DNA of 37,314 bases from Promethearchaeota archaeon (GCA_016930515.1 JAFGGO010000122.1:1-37314); one strand, 5' to 3'; positions 17,269 through 27,208 are shown, numbered from the stretch's first letter. Notes: generated from the letters alone by a model not told the origin. Program-made: numbers and translations.

Positions 17269-20200
17269 TTAATCCAAGGGAATTGTAAACGAGAATTTAG
17301 CTCCCTTGTTTCTTCCCTCAGATTCAGCCCAAATTCTACCACCATGTAATTCAACTATCTTTTTCGAAAGGTAAAGTCCCAACCCCGTGCCTTCTATTCC
17401 TAAGTCCATCCCTTGGCCGTAACGTTCTATCTTACCAAATTGGGTGAATAACCTTGGCATTTCCTCTGGAGTTATCCCAACACCATTATCTTCTATAGAA
17501 ATAATTATTTCGTAGTCTTTTTGTTGGGAGGTTATTATTATTGTACCTTTAGGAGGCGTATTTTTTATGGCATTAGTAAGAAGGTTTAAAATTACATCGT
17601 GAATCCTTTCTTTTTCGATGTTACATTCTAAATTATGGTCAAGATTTTCTTGTATTATTTGGTTTCTACTTCCTGCCAAGTAAGAAATCTCTTCGATTGT
17701 ATATTTTATTAAAAACGAAATATCTTCTTTTGATTTTTTGAGGTGAACCTGTCCTGATTCGAGTTTTGAACTTTCAAGCAAGTCAAACACGAGATTTTCT
17801 AAACGAGTGCATCCCTTTTTAATCTCGCTTACTATCGATAAAACTGGAGGAACTAGTTTTTCCTTATGAAGCGTGAGTAAGAGGTCAGTAAATCCTTTAA
17901 TTGCGATGAGGGGTGTTTTTAATTCGTGAGATGTTCTTCTAATTAACTCCGTCTTTAGGTTATTAATCTCCTTTAAACTTTCTTCTAATTTTTTATGTTC
18001 TGACACATCTCTAGAAAGTAACAAAATCTTTGTTTCTCCGTTCTTATCAATGTAAGAATTTACTTTTACTTCAAGCCACACGAAATTGCCGTTCTTGTGC
18101 TTGAATCTTAGGTCTATTGTCAGAACTTGATCTTGCTCCAAAATTTTTACGATCCTGCTACCTTTCTTTCTATCTTCAGGGTGGATTAATTTCGGATCGT
18201 TTAAATTTTTTGGAAAATCTTCCTTTGAATAACCCAATATCTTCTGATGCGCGCGTTCGTTAAAGTATTCAAATTTAAAATTTTTATTGACGATTAAGAT
18301 GAGATCGTTAGCGTTCTCTGCAATAAGCTTGTATTTCTCTTCCGATTCCTTAACTAAAAGCTCCGATTTCTTAACTTCGGTGATATCCATCATTGAAATG
18401 AAATAACCAATTCCGGCCTCGTATTGCATTGGTTTTGAAAATAACTCCCAATAGATGATATCGCCGTTTTTCTTCAAACTTCTGAAAAAGTAATGATTGG
18501 TATAATTGTCTGCATTTTGTATTCTTTCTTCCAACTTGCCCAAGACGGATTCTTTATCGTCTGGATGGACTGTTTTTTCGGTAAATATTCTTGGGTTCCA
18601 TTTTCTTATTTCCTCTATGTCATATCCCATGATATCGGCTAGTCGCCGATTCACATAAGCGAACTTACCCTTCTTGATAATAATCGTGCCCGTCATCGAC
18701 TCTTCGGCAATTGCACGGAATTTCTCTTCCGATTCTCTTAATTTCTGTTCGGCAATCTTTTTATCCGTTATATATTGAATAATTGCTTGAATTACATCTT
18801 TGTCGCCAATCTTAACGATGTTGCATTGATATAATACCCATTCTATCTGATCTTTTCCCTTATGAAACTGAATTTCACGGGGTCCGACGGGTTTTCCCTC
18901 TAATAACAATTGAAAATCTTCTTGAACGCCTTCGTGGAATTCTTCTGGTAGCGAGGTAAATTCAAAAATACTATTACCAATTAATTCATCTCTAGATTCA
19001 TTACTAAAATATTCCATGGCGGGATTAAAATCAATGATCGCTCCATCCATATCCACTAATATTATTGCGTTTGGAGACGATTCGAATAGATTCCTGTATC
19101 GTACTTCTGATTCTTTTAATTTATCCTCTGCTACCTTTCTATCGTCTATGTTTTCAATAATTACTTGAATGATCTGTTCTATTCCAATTGTTACGATGTT
19201 AACTCGATAAATAACCCATTTGAGTTGTTCCTCTTTATTATAAAGCTTAATTTCTCTAGGTTCAACGGGCTCTCCTTTTAGTACCTTCTTGAAATCCTCC
19301 CCAACGACCTTTTGATACTCTTTGGGGAGTGCTGGATAATTCAAGAAGGGTTTTCCGATGAAATCTTCCTTTGAGAATCCCGATACTTGTTCGGCAGCAG
19401 GATTGCAATCGATTAAAATTCCATTCATGCTTATTAAAAGTATCGAATGCGAAAAGCTTTCAAACAAGCTTCGATATCTTTCCTCTGAAAGCTTGAGTTT
19501 TTCTGCTGAAAGTATTCTTTCGATCGCAGTACCTATCTCGCGTCCAATAGAAATGAAAACATCCTTGTCAAATGTTGTAAATTCGTTTTTTTTTTTTGAA
19601 GTGATATTAAGAGCTCCTAATATGTTATTACTCGAAGTTAAAGGAATGATGGCATTAGATAAAATTCCCCATTTTTCATTGACTTTAGAGTTAATAATCT
19701 CGTGGTTTTCACTAAAATATGCCTTGTTCCTTAAGAAGACCTGAGCATATGGCTCCTCATTTATGTTTCTAATTTTCGTATATTCAATAAAATCGTATGG
19801 TAAATTTTTATGATATGATAATTCTGCAATTTTATTTGATTCATTAACAATGTATATGCCACCACCGTCGAAATCCATTGTTTTCAAACAAATATTGAGC
19901 ACTAAATCTAAATAAATCTTGAGGGTTTTGGCTTTATTGCCTGCTATGATAATCTGGTTTAATATGGTTAATTTTGTAGATTCTTCTTTGATTTGGTTTT
20001 CAACTTTTTCCTGTACCGATTTATCGTAGACTAAAGTTGCGATGATCTCTTGACCTTCCGAGAGAATTTTTACGAGGTTTATTTCTACGGGAAAAATAGT
20101 TCCGTTTTTTTTCTTGTGAAGGCCTGTAATAATAACCCCATTTCCTATGGGCAGCACCTTCCAATATTCTTTTTTATTGATTGTAGGAATTTCTTTAACT

Positions 20201-21123
20201 TCTATATCATTTATGTTCATTTGGAGGAGTTCTTTTTTCGAATATCCGGTAAATTGCATTGCCAATTCATTAATACTTAAGATGTTTCCCTCTAAATCGT
20301 GTGTAAAAAACGCAAAAGATCCTTTTTCAACAATTGCGGAAAGTTGATCCTTTAACTCTTGAATGATTTCAGATGATTCTTTCAATAAGGTGAGATCTTT
20401 GAAGATGGCAAAGCTTCCGTTGAAATTACCTTCTGAGTCTATTATGGGAGATGCCGAAACTAAGACGGGAATCTTTGAACCATCCTTCTTTTGGAGTATT
20501 ATCTCATATCTGTTACTTTTTCCCTCCTTGCGATGTTTAATCTGATTTTCTGTTATTGATTTTGCATCTTTGTAGATAACATCGTATATTGGCCTTCCAA
20601 GAAGCTCGGTTTTATTGTATTCTAATAGCTTGTAAATCTGAGGATTTGCGTAAATCATTAACCCTTCCTTATCGGTCATTCCTAATCCTTCGTCTATTGT
20701 TTCAACAAGTAAGTTAAACTCGCGTCTATATCTTATATTTTCTTTGTGCTCTGTAAGGTCTTCTAATATTGTCTGAAAGAAGGTTTTATCCTCAATTACT
20801 ACTAACGAAGCAAGACACCTTAGCCAAAGTGATTTCTCGTTATTTATGAAGTATTGGAACTCAATTGGTTCTCCAATTTGACCTTTCTTTATACTTGCAA
20901 GAACTTTTTTGAATTCCTCTTTTATATGGTTAATTTGGCTTAATTTGAAAACATCATCAATTGATATACCAATGAATTGATTCTTGTTTCCATTAGAAAA
21001 TAATAAGTTTTCACATTTGGGATTGCAATTAATAAAATTATTTTTTAGATCAAATAATGCTAAGGCAAGTGAAGAGTTGTTAAACGAGGTCCAATAAACA
21101 TTTTCTTTCCTAGGCGTCTTCAA
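17269..21123 (-). CDS. Cytoplasmic multi-PAS/GAF sensor histidine kinase (PASx3-GAF-PASx4-HisKA-HATPase)
   Basis: Repeated SEE[KR][YF]R linkers and PAS motifs. GAF segment IIPLTSSNNILGALNI. H-box SHELKTPL, N-box NLLTNAIK, EDNGVGI, GTGLGL. No transmembrane segment and no receiver domain. Confidence 0.93.
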   Translation of the reverse strand: MKTPRKENVYWTSFNNSSLALALFDLKNNFINCNPKCENLLFSNGNKNQFIGISIDDVFKLSQINHIKEEFKKVLASIKKGQIGEPIEFQYFINNEKSLWLRCLASLVVIEDKTFFQTILEDLTEHKENIRYRREFNLLVETIDEGLGMTDKEGLMIYANPQIYKLLEYNKTELLGRPIYDVIYKDAKSITENQIKHRKEGKSNRYEIILQKKDGSKIPVLVSASPIIDSEGNFNGSFAIFKDLTLLKESSEIIQELKDQLSAIVEKGSFAFFTHDLEGNILSINELAMQFTGYSKKELLQMNINDIEVKEIPTINKKEYWKVLPIGNGVIITGLHKKKNGTIFPVEINLVKILSEGQEIIATLVYDKSVQEKVENQIKEESTKLTILNQIIIAGNKAKTLKIYLDLVLNICLKTMDFDGGGIYIVNESNKIAELSYHKNLPYDFIEYTKIRNINEEPYAQVFLRNKAYFSENHEIINSKVNEKWGILSNAIIPLTSSNNILGALNITSKKKNEFTTFDKDVFISIGREIGTAIERILSAEKLKLSEERYRSLFESFSHSILLISMNGILIDCNPAAEQVSGFSKEDFIGKPFLNYPALPKEYQKVVGEDFKKVLKGEPVEPREIKLYNKEEQLKWVIYRVNIVTIGIEQIIQVIIENIDDRKVAEDKLKESEVRYRNLFESSPNAIILVDMDGAIIDFNPAMEYFSNESRDELIGNSIFEFTSLPEEFHEGVQEDFQLLLEGKPVGPREIQFHKGKDQIEWVLYQCNIVKIGDKDVIQAIIQYITDKKIAEQKLRESEEKFRAIAEESMTGTIIIKKGKFAYVNRRLADIMGYDIEEIRKWNPRIFTEKTVHPDDKESVLGKLEERIQNADNYTNHYFFRSLKKNGDIIYWELFSKPMQYEAGIGYFISMMDITEVKKSELLVKESEEKYKLIAENANDLILIVNKNFKFEYFNERAHQKILGYSKEDFPKNLNDPKLIHPEDRKKGSRIVKILEQDQVLTIDLRFKHKNGNFVWLEVKVNSYIDKNGETKILLLSRDVSEHKKLEESLKEINNLKTELIRRTSHELKTPLIAIKGFTDLLLTLHKEKLVPPVLSIVSEIKKGCTRLENLVFDLLESSKLESGQVHLKKSKEDISFLIKYTIEEISYLAGSRNQIIQENLDHNLECNIEKERIHDVILNLLTNAIKNTPPKGTIIITSQQKDYEIIISIEDNGVGITPEEMPRLFTQFGKIERYGQGMDLGIEGTGLGLYLSKKIVELHGGRIWAESEGRNKGAKFSFTIPLD

Positions 21124-21151
21124 GATAAATTTCCCCCGATTTACTTGAAAG

Positions 21152-21159
21152 TATATAAA
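21152..21159 (-). promoter_or_regulatory. Putative TATA box (TTTATATA) for the histidine kinase
   Basis: Canonical archaeal TATA 29-36 bp upstream of the TTG start. A GGGGG purine tract precedes the start. Confidence 0.45.
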
Positions 21160-21525
21160 TACTGTCTTAAATATACTATTTTGATTTTATCTATTTAAAT
21201 CTTCAATCGTTCTTTTTTCAAATTTCGGCAATCTTTAGAAAAATATTGAAATTCAGCACTATTTCTTTATATTTTCTTATAATTTAATTAAAATTACAAT
21301 TTAGATAAAGCCTCCTCTTTTAAGGTAAAAATTACTTTATTGCTTAACGATTAAATAACTTACGATCTAAGGCGTTATATAAATTTTAAAAATAGAATTT
21401 GTCATGTATTATGAAATTTTAAAAGATTTATATTTGTAAATGATACATTCTGTATAAAATTATCACCATTTATTTTCAATGATACCTTGAACTATATTAA
21501 ATTGAGAAATACACTCTATTCGTGA

Positions 21526-22713
21526 TTGATATTGATTGGTACATTATTAATTGGATATAACGATAAAACCGGACCATTTATTGATATTCAAATCCCAAGC
21601 CTTCTTTTAGAAGTTGAGGATATTGACGTTTCGTATTTAAAGGAGTTATATCAAGAACAGAGAAATCTAATGGAAGGCCCTACATATATGATTAAACAAA
21701 TCAAGCCTGAATTGTTCGCGTGTTATTTTTATACTGGATATTCGGTGCTTCATTATGTGGGAAGACCTGGATACTGTGTTTTTGTATTCTATTCTGAGAA
21801 AAACGATGTTAACGAAAATCTCGAAGGCATGATCAGGAGGTTAGCACACGAACTACTACCTCAGAAAGAGACGCCTACTTTCTCTTCGCTCTTGCACGAT
21901 TATTACGAACTTATTAAAAAAGGGGAATTAGGGCAATACTGGGGAGAGATCGGAGAAAAACAGCCTCCCCGAGAAGAAACTATATTAATAACCGAACCCG
22001 AGAGCACGATTACGCCCGTTCTTAATGAAAATATGCAAATCCTTAAGGATGAACTTGAAGCAGAAAAAGCAAAGGTTGCTGAACTAAATCTTCAATTAGA
22101 AGATCTTAAAAAACAATACGAAAATCTAGAAATTAAACTCAAAGAAAAGACAGAACAATTGGGAGAAAAAGAAAAAAAAAGCGAGGAATTAATTGCGGAA
22201 ATAAAAATCTTAAAAGAAGTTGATAAAAATTCTGAACATCAATCTGAGACTATAAAAAATCAAGAACGAGAGATAGAGGATTTAAACTTAAAAATAAACG
22301 AATTAGGGCAGCAATTAAACGAGGTTGTGGAATTAAGAAAAATCGCTCAAAACTCCAAGCAACAAGAAGAAATAATTGAAAAAAAATCAAAAGAATTCTT
22401 AGATTTACAATCCCAATTTACCAATCTATCAGCAAAATTTGAAGAACTAACAAGTCAAAACGCGAACTTAGTAAAAAATTCTGAAATAATCCAAGAAGAA
22501 ATTGGATCTTTAAAAAATGATAACAACAATTTCTTAACAATCATTACGGATCTCAAGCTAGAGTTAAAAAAAAAGAAAGAAGAAATCGTATTTGAAAAGC
22601 GAGAAAAGGAGAAAATTGACGATGAAATCATAGATTTAAAAAAGGAAATTAAAGTTCTCCGGCGCGAGAGAGATCACTATAAGCAAATTGTGAAGGAAAA
22701 AAACTTATTGTGA
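21526..22713 (+). CDS. uDENN/longin-like N-terminal domain fused to a long coiled coil
   Basis: LLIGYNDKTGPFIDIQIP matches the hydrophobic-FD..xGP.i...P start of uDENN/longin domains. About 225 aa of heptad E/K/L/I repeat follow. Confidence 0.7.
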   Translation: MILIGTLLIGYNDKTGPFIDIQIPSLLLEVEDIDVSYLKELYQEQRNLMEGPTYMIKQIKPELFACYFYTGYSVLHYVGRPGYCVFVFYSEKNDVNENLEGMIRRLAHELLPQKETPTFSSLLHDYYELIKKGELGQYWGEIGEKQPPREETILITEPESTITPVLNENMQILKDELEAEKAKVAELNLQLEDLKKQYENLEIKLKEKTEQLGEKEKKSEELIAEIKILKEVDKNSEHQSETIKNQEREIEDLNLKINELGQQLNEVVELRKIAQNSKQQEEIIEKKSKEFLDLQSQFTNLSAKFEELTSQNANLVKNSEIIQEEIGSLKNDNNNFLTIITDLKLELKKKKEEIVFEKREKEKIDDEIIDLKKEIKVLRRERDHYKQIVKEKNLL

Positions 22714-22883
22714 ATACTTCCTTTATAATTATATTTTTTCTATACTGATACTAAATATCACTCAAAATTTTAGAGGTTTCCTTAAACACTTGTCGCAAAA
22801 TGTTTTCACATAGATTTTTATACATTATCTATATATATTAATATAATTACTTCAAAAATTTTCTTTAACAAAAAATAAAATAG

Positions 22884-23348
22884 GTGTCTAACATAAGTAT
22901 CGATACTAAAAGTTTCGATAATATCCTTTCCAAGATAATAAAGAGCGAAAGCGGAATAAAAAAGGTCATCTTGGTTGATAGAACGGGCTTAACGATCGCA
23001 AGCGTGAGCAAATTCTCCTATTTTCCCGCAGATGTGGACGGTATTGGTGCGATCGCTAGCGCCGTGTTTTGTGCTTCTGAAGAACAAGGAAAAAATCTCG
23101 AACTTGGCGATCTCGATATCGTCACCTCTGAATTTTCGGGGGGAAAGATTTTTGCCGCTAGTTGCGGACCAAAAGGTGTCCTTTGTTTGATTTCCGACCC
23201 AGATATCAATATAGGATTGATCAGGCTCATTTTAAAACGCTCGGGAGACGAACTTAGAGAAATACTTGACGAATTCTTGTCTGAGGTTCCAGAAACCTTG
23301 GATAGTGGTCTAGATCTATCGGATCTTGACGAACTTACGCCGGATTAG
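22884..23348 (+). CDS. Roadblock/LC7 (MglB-like) domain protein
   Basis: GIKKVILVDRTGLTIA, IGAIASAVF, LELGDLDIVTSEFSGGKIF, INIGLIRL. Acidic C-terminal tail. GTG start. Confidence 0.9.
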   Translation: MSNISIDTKSFDNILSKIIKSESGIKKVILVDRTGLTIASVSKFSYFPADVDGIGAIASAVFCASEEQGKNLELGDLDIVTSEFSGGKIFAASCGPKGVLCLISDPDINIGLIRLILKRSGDELREILDEFLSEVPETLDSGLDLSDLDELTPD

Positions 23349-23355
23349 ACGAAAC

Positions 23356-23379
23356 TTCATTTTTTTCATTCCCTTTTTT
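23356..23379 (+). terminator. Putative archaeal oligo-T terminator after the roadblock gene
   Basis: TTCATTTTTTTCATTCCCTTTTTT immediately after the stop. Weak evidence in an AT-rich genome. Confidence 0.35.
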
Positions 23380-23556
23380 GAAAACTATTGTTCTCACAAA
23401 GATTTCAAATCCATTAAACGATAAAATTTAGTCGTATACTTTTCCTTTCAAACTTTAGGGTTTAATTATGTAATTGTATTATCCTACCTATAAAGAATTG
23501 TTGAAATGTGTACTGAACCGAAATCTTTTATACCTACATGTTCTATATTATGAATT

Positions 23557-24705
23557 ATGAGCATAATAAGCTTCTTTATAGATATAGAATTAAAACTAAA
23601 ACAATACAAAGCCTTGTTTTTATTTTTGTTTTTGGTTTGGCTAGGAGGTTTTACTTATTACGCGTTTCATTATCCCGTGTGCGATGTTTGGGCGATCCTC
23701 TTGTATTCCTTAGCAATACGAACTCCCCCCTATCAAAGCGATTTTTCGAGTTTTTACACTTTAGCGTGGCCTATTTTGCTTGAAGTTATTGTTTTTGGAT
23801 TTATTGCAGGGGAATTATTAGAAAAATACAATCCCGTAATTACAAGCAAGATAATTGCGAAACATAAGCGAAATCACACTTTAATCATAGGATATAGCCA
23901 TCTAGCCGAGAGAGTCATCGAATATTGCGTTAAAAATAAAAAGTCCTTTGCATTAATCGAAGATCGCCAGGAAAGTGTTGAAGACTTAATTAATGGAGGA
24001 CACCCGGTCGTGATTGGAGACCCCACACAAGTCGTTAATCTCGAATTAGCGAGCGTGAGTAAAGCTAACGAAGTGTTCATACTTTTGAGTGATGTACGCG
24101 TTGCGGTCATCTGCGCTGAAAAAATAAGAAAATACAATCCCGAATGTCCATTATACGTGCGAGTACACGAAGAACACGTGCAAGAATATCTCAAGCAACC
24201 TCATATTAGAGCCTTTCCTTTTTCCACGTCGCAATGGTCAATGAACGATGTTGAAGAATGGATTGAAGGTAAAAAGGGTAATGTTATCGTGATAGGGCGA
24301 GACATGTTGACTCACCGGATTGCTTATAGAATATCGCAACAAGAAGGAAGGGAGATTTACCTTTTTGACGATGTGAATGATGGGATAGAATTCGAAGTAA
24401 ATCAAAGATTGCATCTTATCAACGAATGTGCCTGTTACTTATCCGATATTGAACCACATGTGGATTTAAGAAAGGTGTCCCAAGTATTCATTTCTTGGAA
24501 AAAAGGTACACAGTTTGACGAGGCGCTTTATTTAACCTCTGTTTTCCGCAGGTTTTACCCCGAAATCGAGATTTTCGTCCGTATATTCGACGACGAACTC
24601 GTTGAAATAGTAAAAAAATACGGTGCTAAAACTTTTTCTTCTTCGTATCGAGCGTTTAAATTACTCCAAAGAGTCGTAAATAAAGATTCATCAATAGCAC
24701 TATAA
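23557..24705 (+). CDS. Potassium-channel-like membrane protein with two TrkA-N/RCK domains
   Basis: Two N-terminal hydrophobic helices, then NHTLIIGYSHLAERV...VVIGDPT (RCK1) and NVIVIGRDMLTHRIA (RCK2). Confidence 0.8.
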   Translation: MSIISFFIDIELKLKQYKALFLFLFLVWLGGFTYYAFHYPVCDVWAILLYSLAIRTPPYQSDFSSFYTLAWPILLEVIVFGFIAGELLEKYNPVITSKIIAKHKRNHTLIIGYSHLAERVIEYCVKNKKSFALIEDRQESVEDLINGGHPVVIGDPTQVVNLELASVSKANEVFILLSDVRVAVICAEKIRKYNPECPLYVRVHEEHVQEYLKQPHIRAFPFSTSQWSMNDVEEWIEGKKGNVIVIGRDMLTHRIAYRISQQEGREIYLFDDVNDGIEFEVNQRLHLINECACYLSDIEPHVDLRKVSQVFISWKKGTQFDEALYLTSVFRRFYPEIEIFVRIFDDELVEIVKKYGAKTFSSSYRAFKLLQRVVNKDSSIAL

Positions 24706-24727
24706 AAATAAAATAAAAATAAAAAAC

Positions 24728-27208
24728 TTAAAGAGATAACTGGGCGTCGCTTGCCCTGTATTCTCCCGAACCTTTTATTTCGTATAAAATCTCAAGCGTC
24801 TCGTTTTCTTCTAATGTTTCGATTTTCCATATGAGAGTATCCGTTCCAACTTGGTCAGTTATTTCCGTAGGTTCCAAGGAAAAATCCGAGTAAGTAAAAT
24901 TATCTGGAACTTTATCAAGTAGGACGAAATTATTCAAGGGCATGTCCCCCACATTTGTATATAACAATTGGATTTGATAGCGACCTTCGGTTCCAATCGG
25001 AATGATTTCCTTTCCAACCCGATATTTTCTCCTGATATGGATGACTTTAATAACGGGAACTTGATCCGCTTCGGGCACAAACTCGATTTCTTGGCCTTTA
25101 GGATAAGTATTAGCAGTATATAAGACATCAGTTTCAAAAATGGCGTCTCTTTGCGGTTTTACCATGTGTATCGGATATTCGAGCATGATTTTGGATTCAG
25201 GTTCGAACATGCCAGTAGGCGCGTCTTTTAAACCTTTAAGCCGTACTTGAATTATATCATCCTCAATCATAATAGCCCCTTCTGGAATTTCGATTTTATT
25301 ACCGTCCCAATAAAGGGTTAGCTCTTCGATCATGGGGGCTGTGAATTGGTCGTCGAATTGCTTTTGGAGAATAAAAACATCGTTTAAAGGAGCTGAACCG
25401 TTATTTTCAACAACTAAAATTGCTTTAATGTCACAATTTTTATAGGAGGGAATCAAAATCTCGTTTTCTTCTGCTTTAAGACCTGTTGCAAGTTCTTCTA
25501 TTTCATAGGAAACAGTACCAGTTATGCTAGCTAGGACTAATCCTACTTCTTCCAAGGAAATGGTACCAAGCATGTTTGTCTGTATTTCGGGAAACAATTT
25601 GAAGTCAACTTTCTTTTCGAAGGAGGGATAATCCTCGCTTTCGTATCGCCACGATTCAGAACGCCATTCCTCGCCCGACGAAAGCAAGAGTTTTGGTTCA
25701 CCTGAAAATTGAACGAAGTTAACATCAGGCTCTTTTCGATCGTGAACATTAATATCTATTAATTCTGTAACAAATTCCGAGGGATTTTCAAATACTAAAG
25801 TGCAATCCCAAACATCTGGTTCCTCGTCTTTTTCTATCATATCGATGTGAAATTTATTCCTTGAGAGCGCTTTGAATTCGTTTATTTCCAAACCACCTGT
25901 AAATGACGATCTTGCTTTATAAGAAAGACTCGTATCGCCGGTTTTTATTAATTCGTGTGTTTCTACTAAAATGTCTGCTGTAAATTTTAATATAATGGTT
26001 CCACCAGAATCCAACGATTCAATCGTCCACTCGATTTTTTCCCCTTCGATGGTTGCCTTTCCCTTTGGAGCATAAGTAATTTTTACATTTTCAAATTGTT
26101 TCGGTATTGTCTTATTTATAGTAAGCTCTTGGATTTGCTTTTCGAATAGATTGTGTATGGCAATTGCGAAGGTGACAGTATTGGTCTTGTCTTTTGAGAT
26201 TCCGAAGGATTCGAGACTGTATTGATCGCTTTCGATACCACCATCATACATCTCGTCTTCTGCTTCGCGAATGATACTTATGATTTCTTCTTTTGTTGCG
26301 TTTTCTGGCACATCTATAAGGTTATCATCGCAATATTCCAGCAATTGATCCATTGTCCACGATTCTAAATCTGTCTTTTCCTCGTCTTCTTCCATGTATT
26401 CGACATCTTCGTCTTCTTCATCTAAAACGGCTGCTCTTAACCTTTCTTCCACATTAGACTCAAAGTCGTATGAATTCTTTTCTTCGCTCGTGCCGTCTAT
26501 ATCATCGTTAAATGTTTCACCTGAGGGGATTATTTCGGATTCTTCTTGTAAATGTGATTGATCATCGTCTTCTCCTTCCAGTTCTTCTTCCAAAACATTT
26601 TCAATAATGTCTTCGGAACTTTTATCTTCGTATTGACTATCTTGTTTATTATTCTCTTTAGTTTCATCAGATAGAATTGATGAGTCCTCTTTCTTCTTTT
26701 CTTCGGATTCTTCTAGTATGGTTGCTTCTACATCGCTTTTTTTATCTTTAAAGGTTAATAAATGGGCTTCAATATCCTTAGGATTTAATATATCGTTCGC
26801 AGAAGGAGAAGTGTTAATATATTCCTTCACCAAGAGAAGATTCTTTTTTTCTCCTGTAATTTGAAAGTCTCGAGAAAATTTGTTATCGTTTTCTTCCGTG
26901 CCTAATTCCCTTATCTCGAAATGTGCCTCAAGGTCAGTACTTTCGATGTTTGAAAGATCAAATTCCACATTCCAGACTCTATCTACCTTACTCGGGTTTT
27001 CAACAACAAATGTTCCCTTAAAACCAATCGAATTAATACTCACATTGTGATCTTGTTGGATGTTTACCTGCTCTATCACATCAATTAAAACGGATTTTCC
27101 TGTTTTTTCCATTTGTTTCGCACCCACCTCACTGGATCGACTATCCATCGGTTGAAATGTGGTGGGCTCCGCAGATTTAGGTGTTTCAACTTTCTTTTTT
27201 CTAGCCAT
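24728..27208 (-). CDS. Large acidic multi-beta-sandwich protein (DUF11-like/mu-homology-like) with a disordered acidic insert containing an HeH/SAP-like motif
   Basis: Repeats such as NVGDMPLNNFVLLDKVP...LIWKIETLEENETLEILYEI and NNGSAPLNDVFI. DLESWTMDQLLEYCDDNLIDVPENATKEEIISII. No signal peptide or TM. ATG 27208 is preceded by GTGA; the track starts at 27217. Confidence 0.7.
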   Translation of the reverse strand: MARKKKVETPKSAEPTTFQPMDSRSSEVGAKQMEKTGKSVLIDVIEQVNIQQDHNVSINSIGFKGTFVVENPSKVDRVWNVEFDLSNIESTDLEAHFEIRELGTEENDNKFSRDFQITGEKKNLLLVKEYINTSPSANDILNPKDIEAHLLTFKDKKSDVEATILEESEEKKKEDSSILSDETKENNKQDSQYEDKSSEDIIENVLEEELEGEDDDQSHLQEESEIIPSGETFNDDIDGTSEEKNSYDFESNVEERLRAAVLDEEDEDVEYMEEDEEKTDLESWTMDQLLEYCDDNLIDVPENATKEEIISIIREAEDEMYDGGIESDQYSLESFGISKDKTNTVTFAIAIHNLFEKQIQELTINKTIPKQFENVKITYAPKGKATIEGEKIEWTIESLDSGGTIILKFTADILVETHELIKTGDTSLSYKARSSFTGGLEINEFKALSRNKFHIDMIEKDEEPDVWDCTLVFENPSEFVTELIDINVHDRKEPDVNFVQFSGEPKLLLSSGEEWRSESWRYESEDYPSFEKKVDFKLFPEIQTNMLGTISLEEVGLVLASITGTVSYEIEELATGLKAEENEILIPSYKNCDIKAILVVENNGSAPLNDVFILQKQFDDQFTAPMIEELTLYWDGNKIEIPEGAIMIEDDIIQVRLKGLKDAPTGMFEPESKIMLEYPIHMVKPQRDAIFETDVLYTANTYPKGQEIEFVPEADQVPVIKVIHIRRKYRVGKEIIPIGTEGRYQIQLLYTNVGDMPLNNFVLLDKVPDNFTYSDFSLEPTEITDQVGTDTLIWKIETLEENETLEILYEIKGSGEYRASDAQLSL

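Noticed and set aside
22630-22713. C-terminus LRRERDHYKQIV resembles the end of Maf-type bZIP leucine zippers
   Set aside because: There is no bZIP basic region, and generic coiled-coil similarity explains it.
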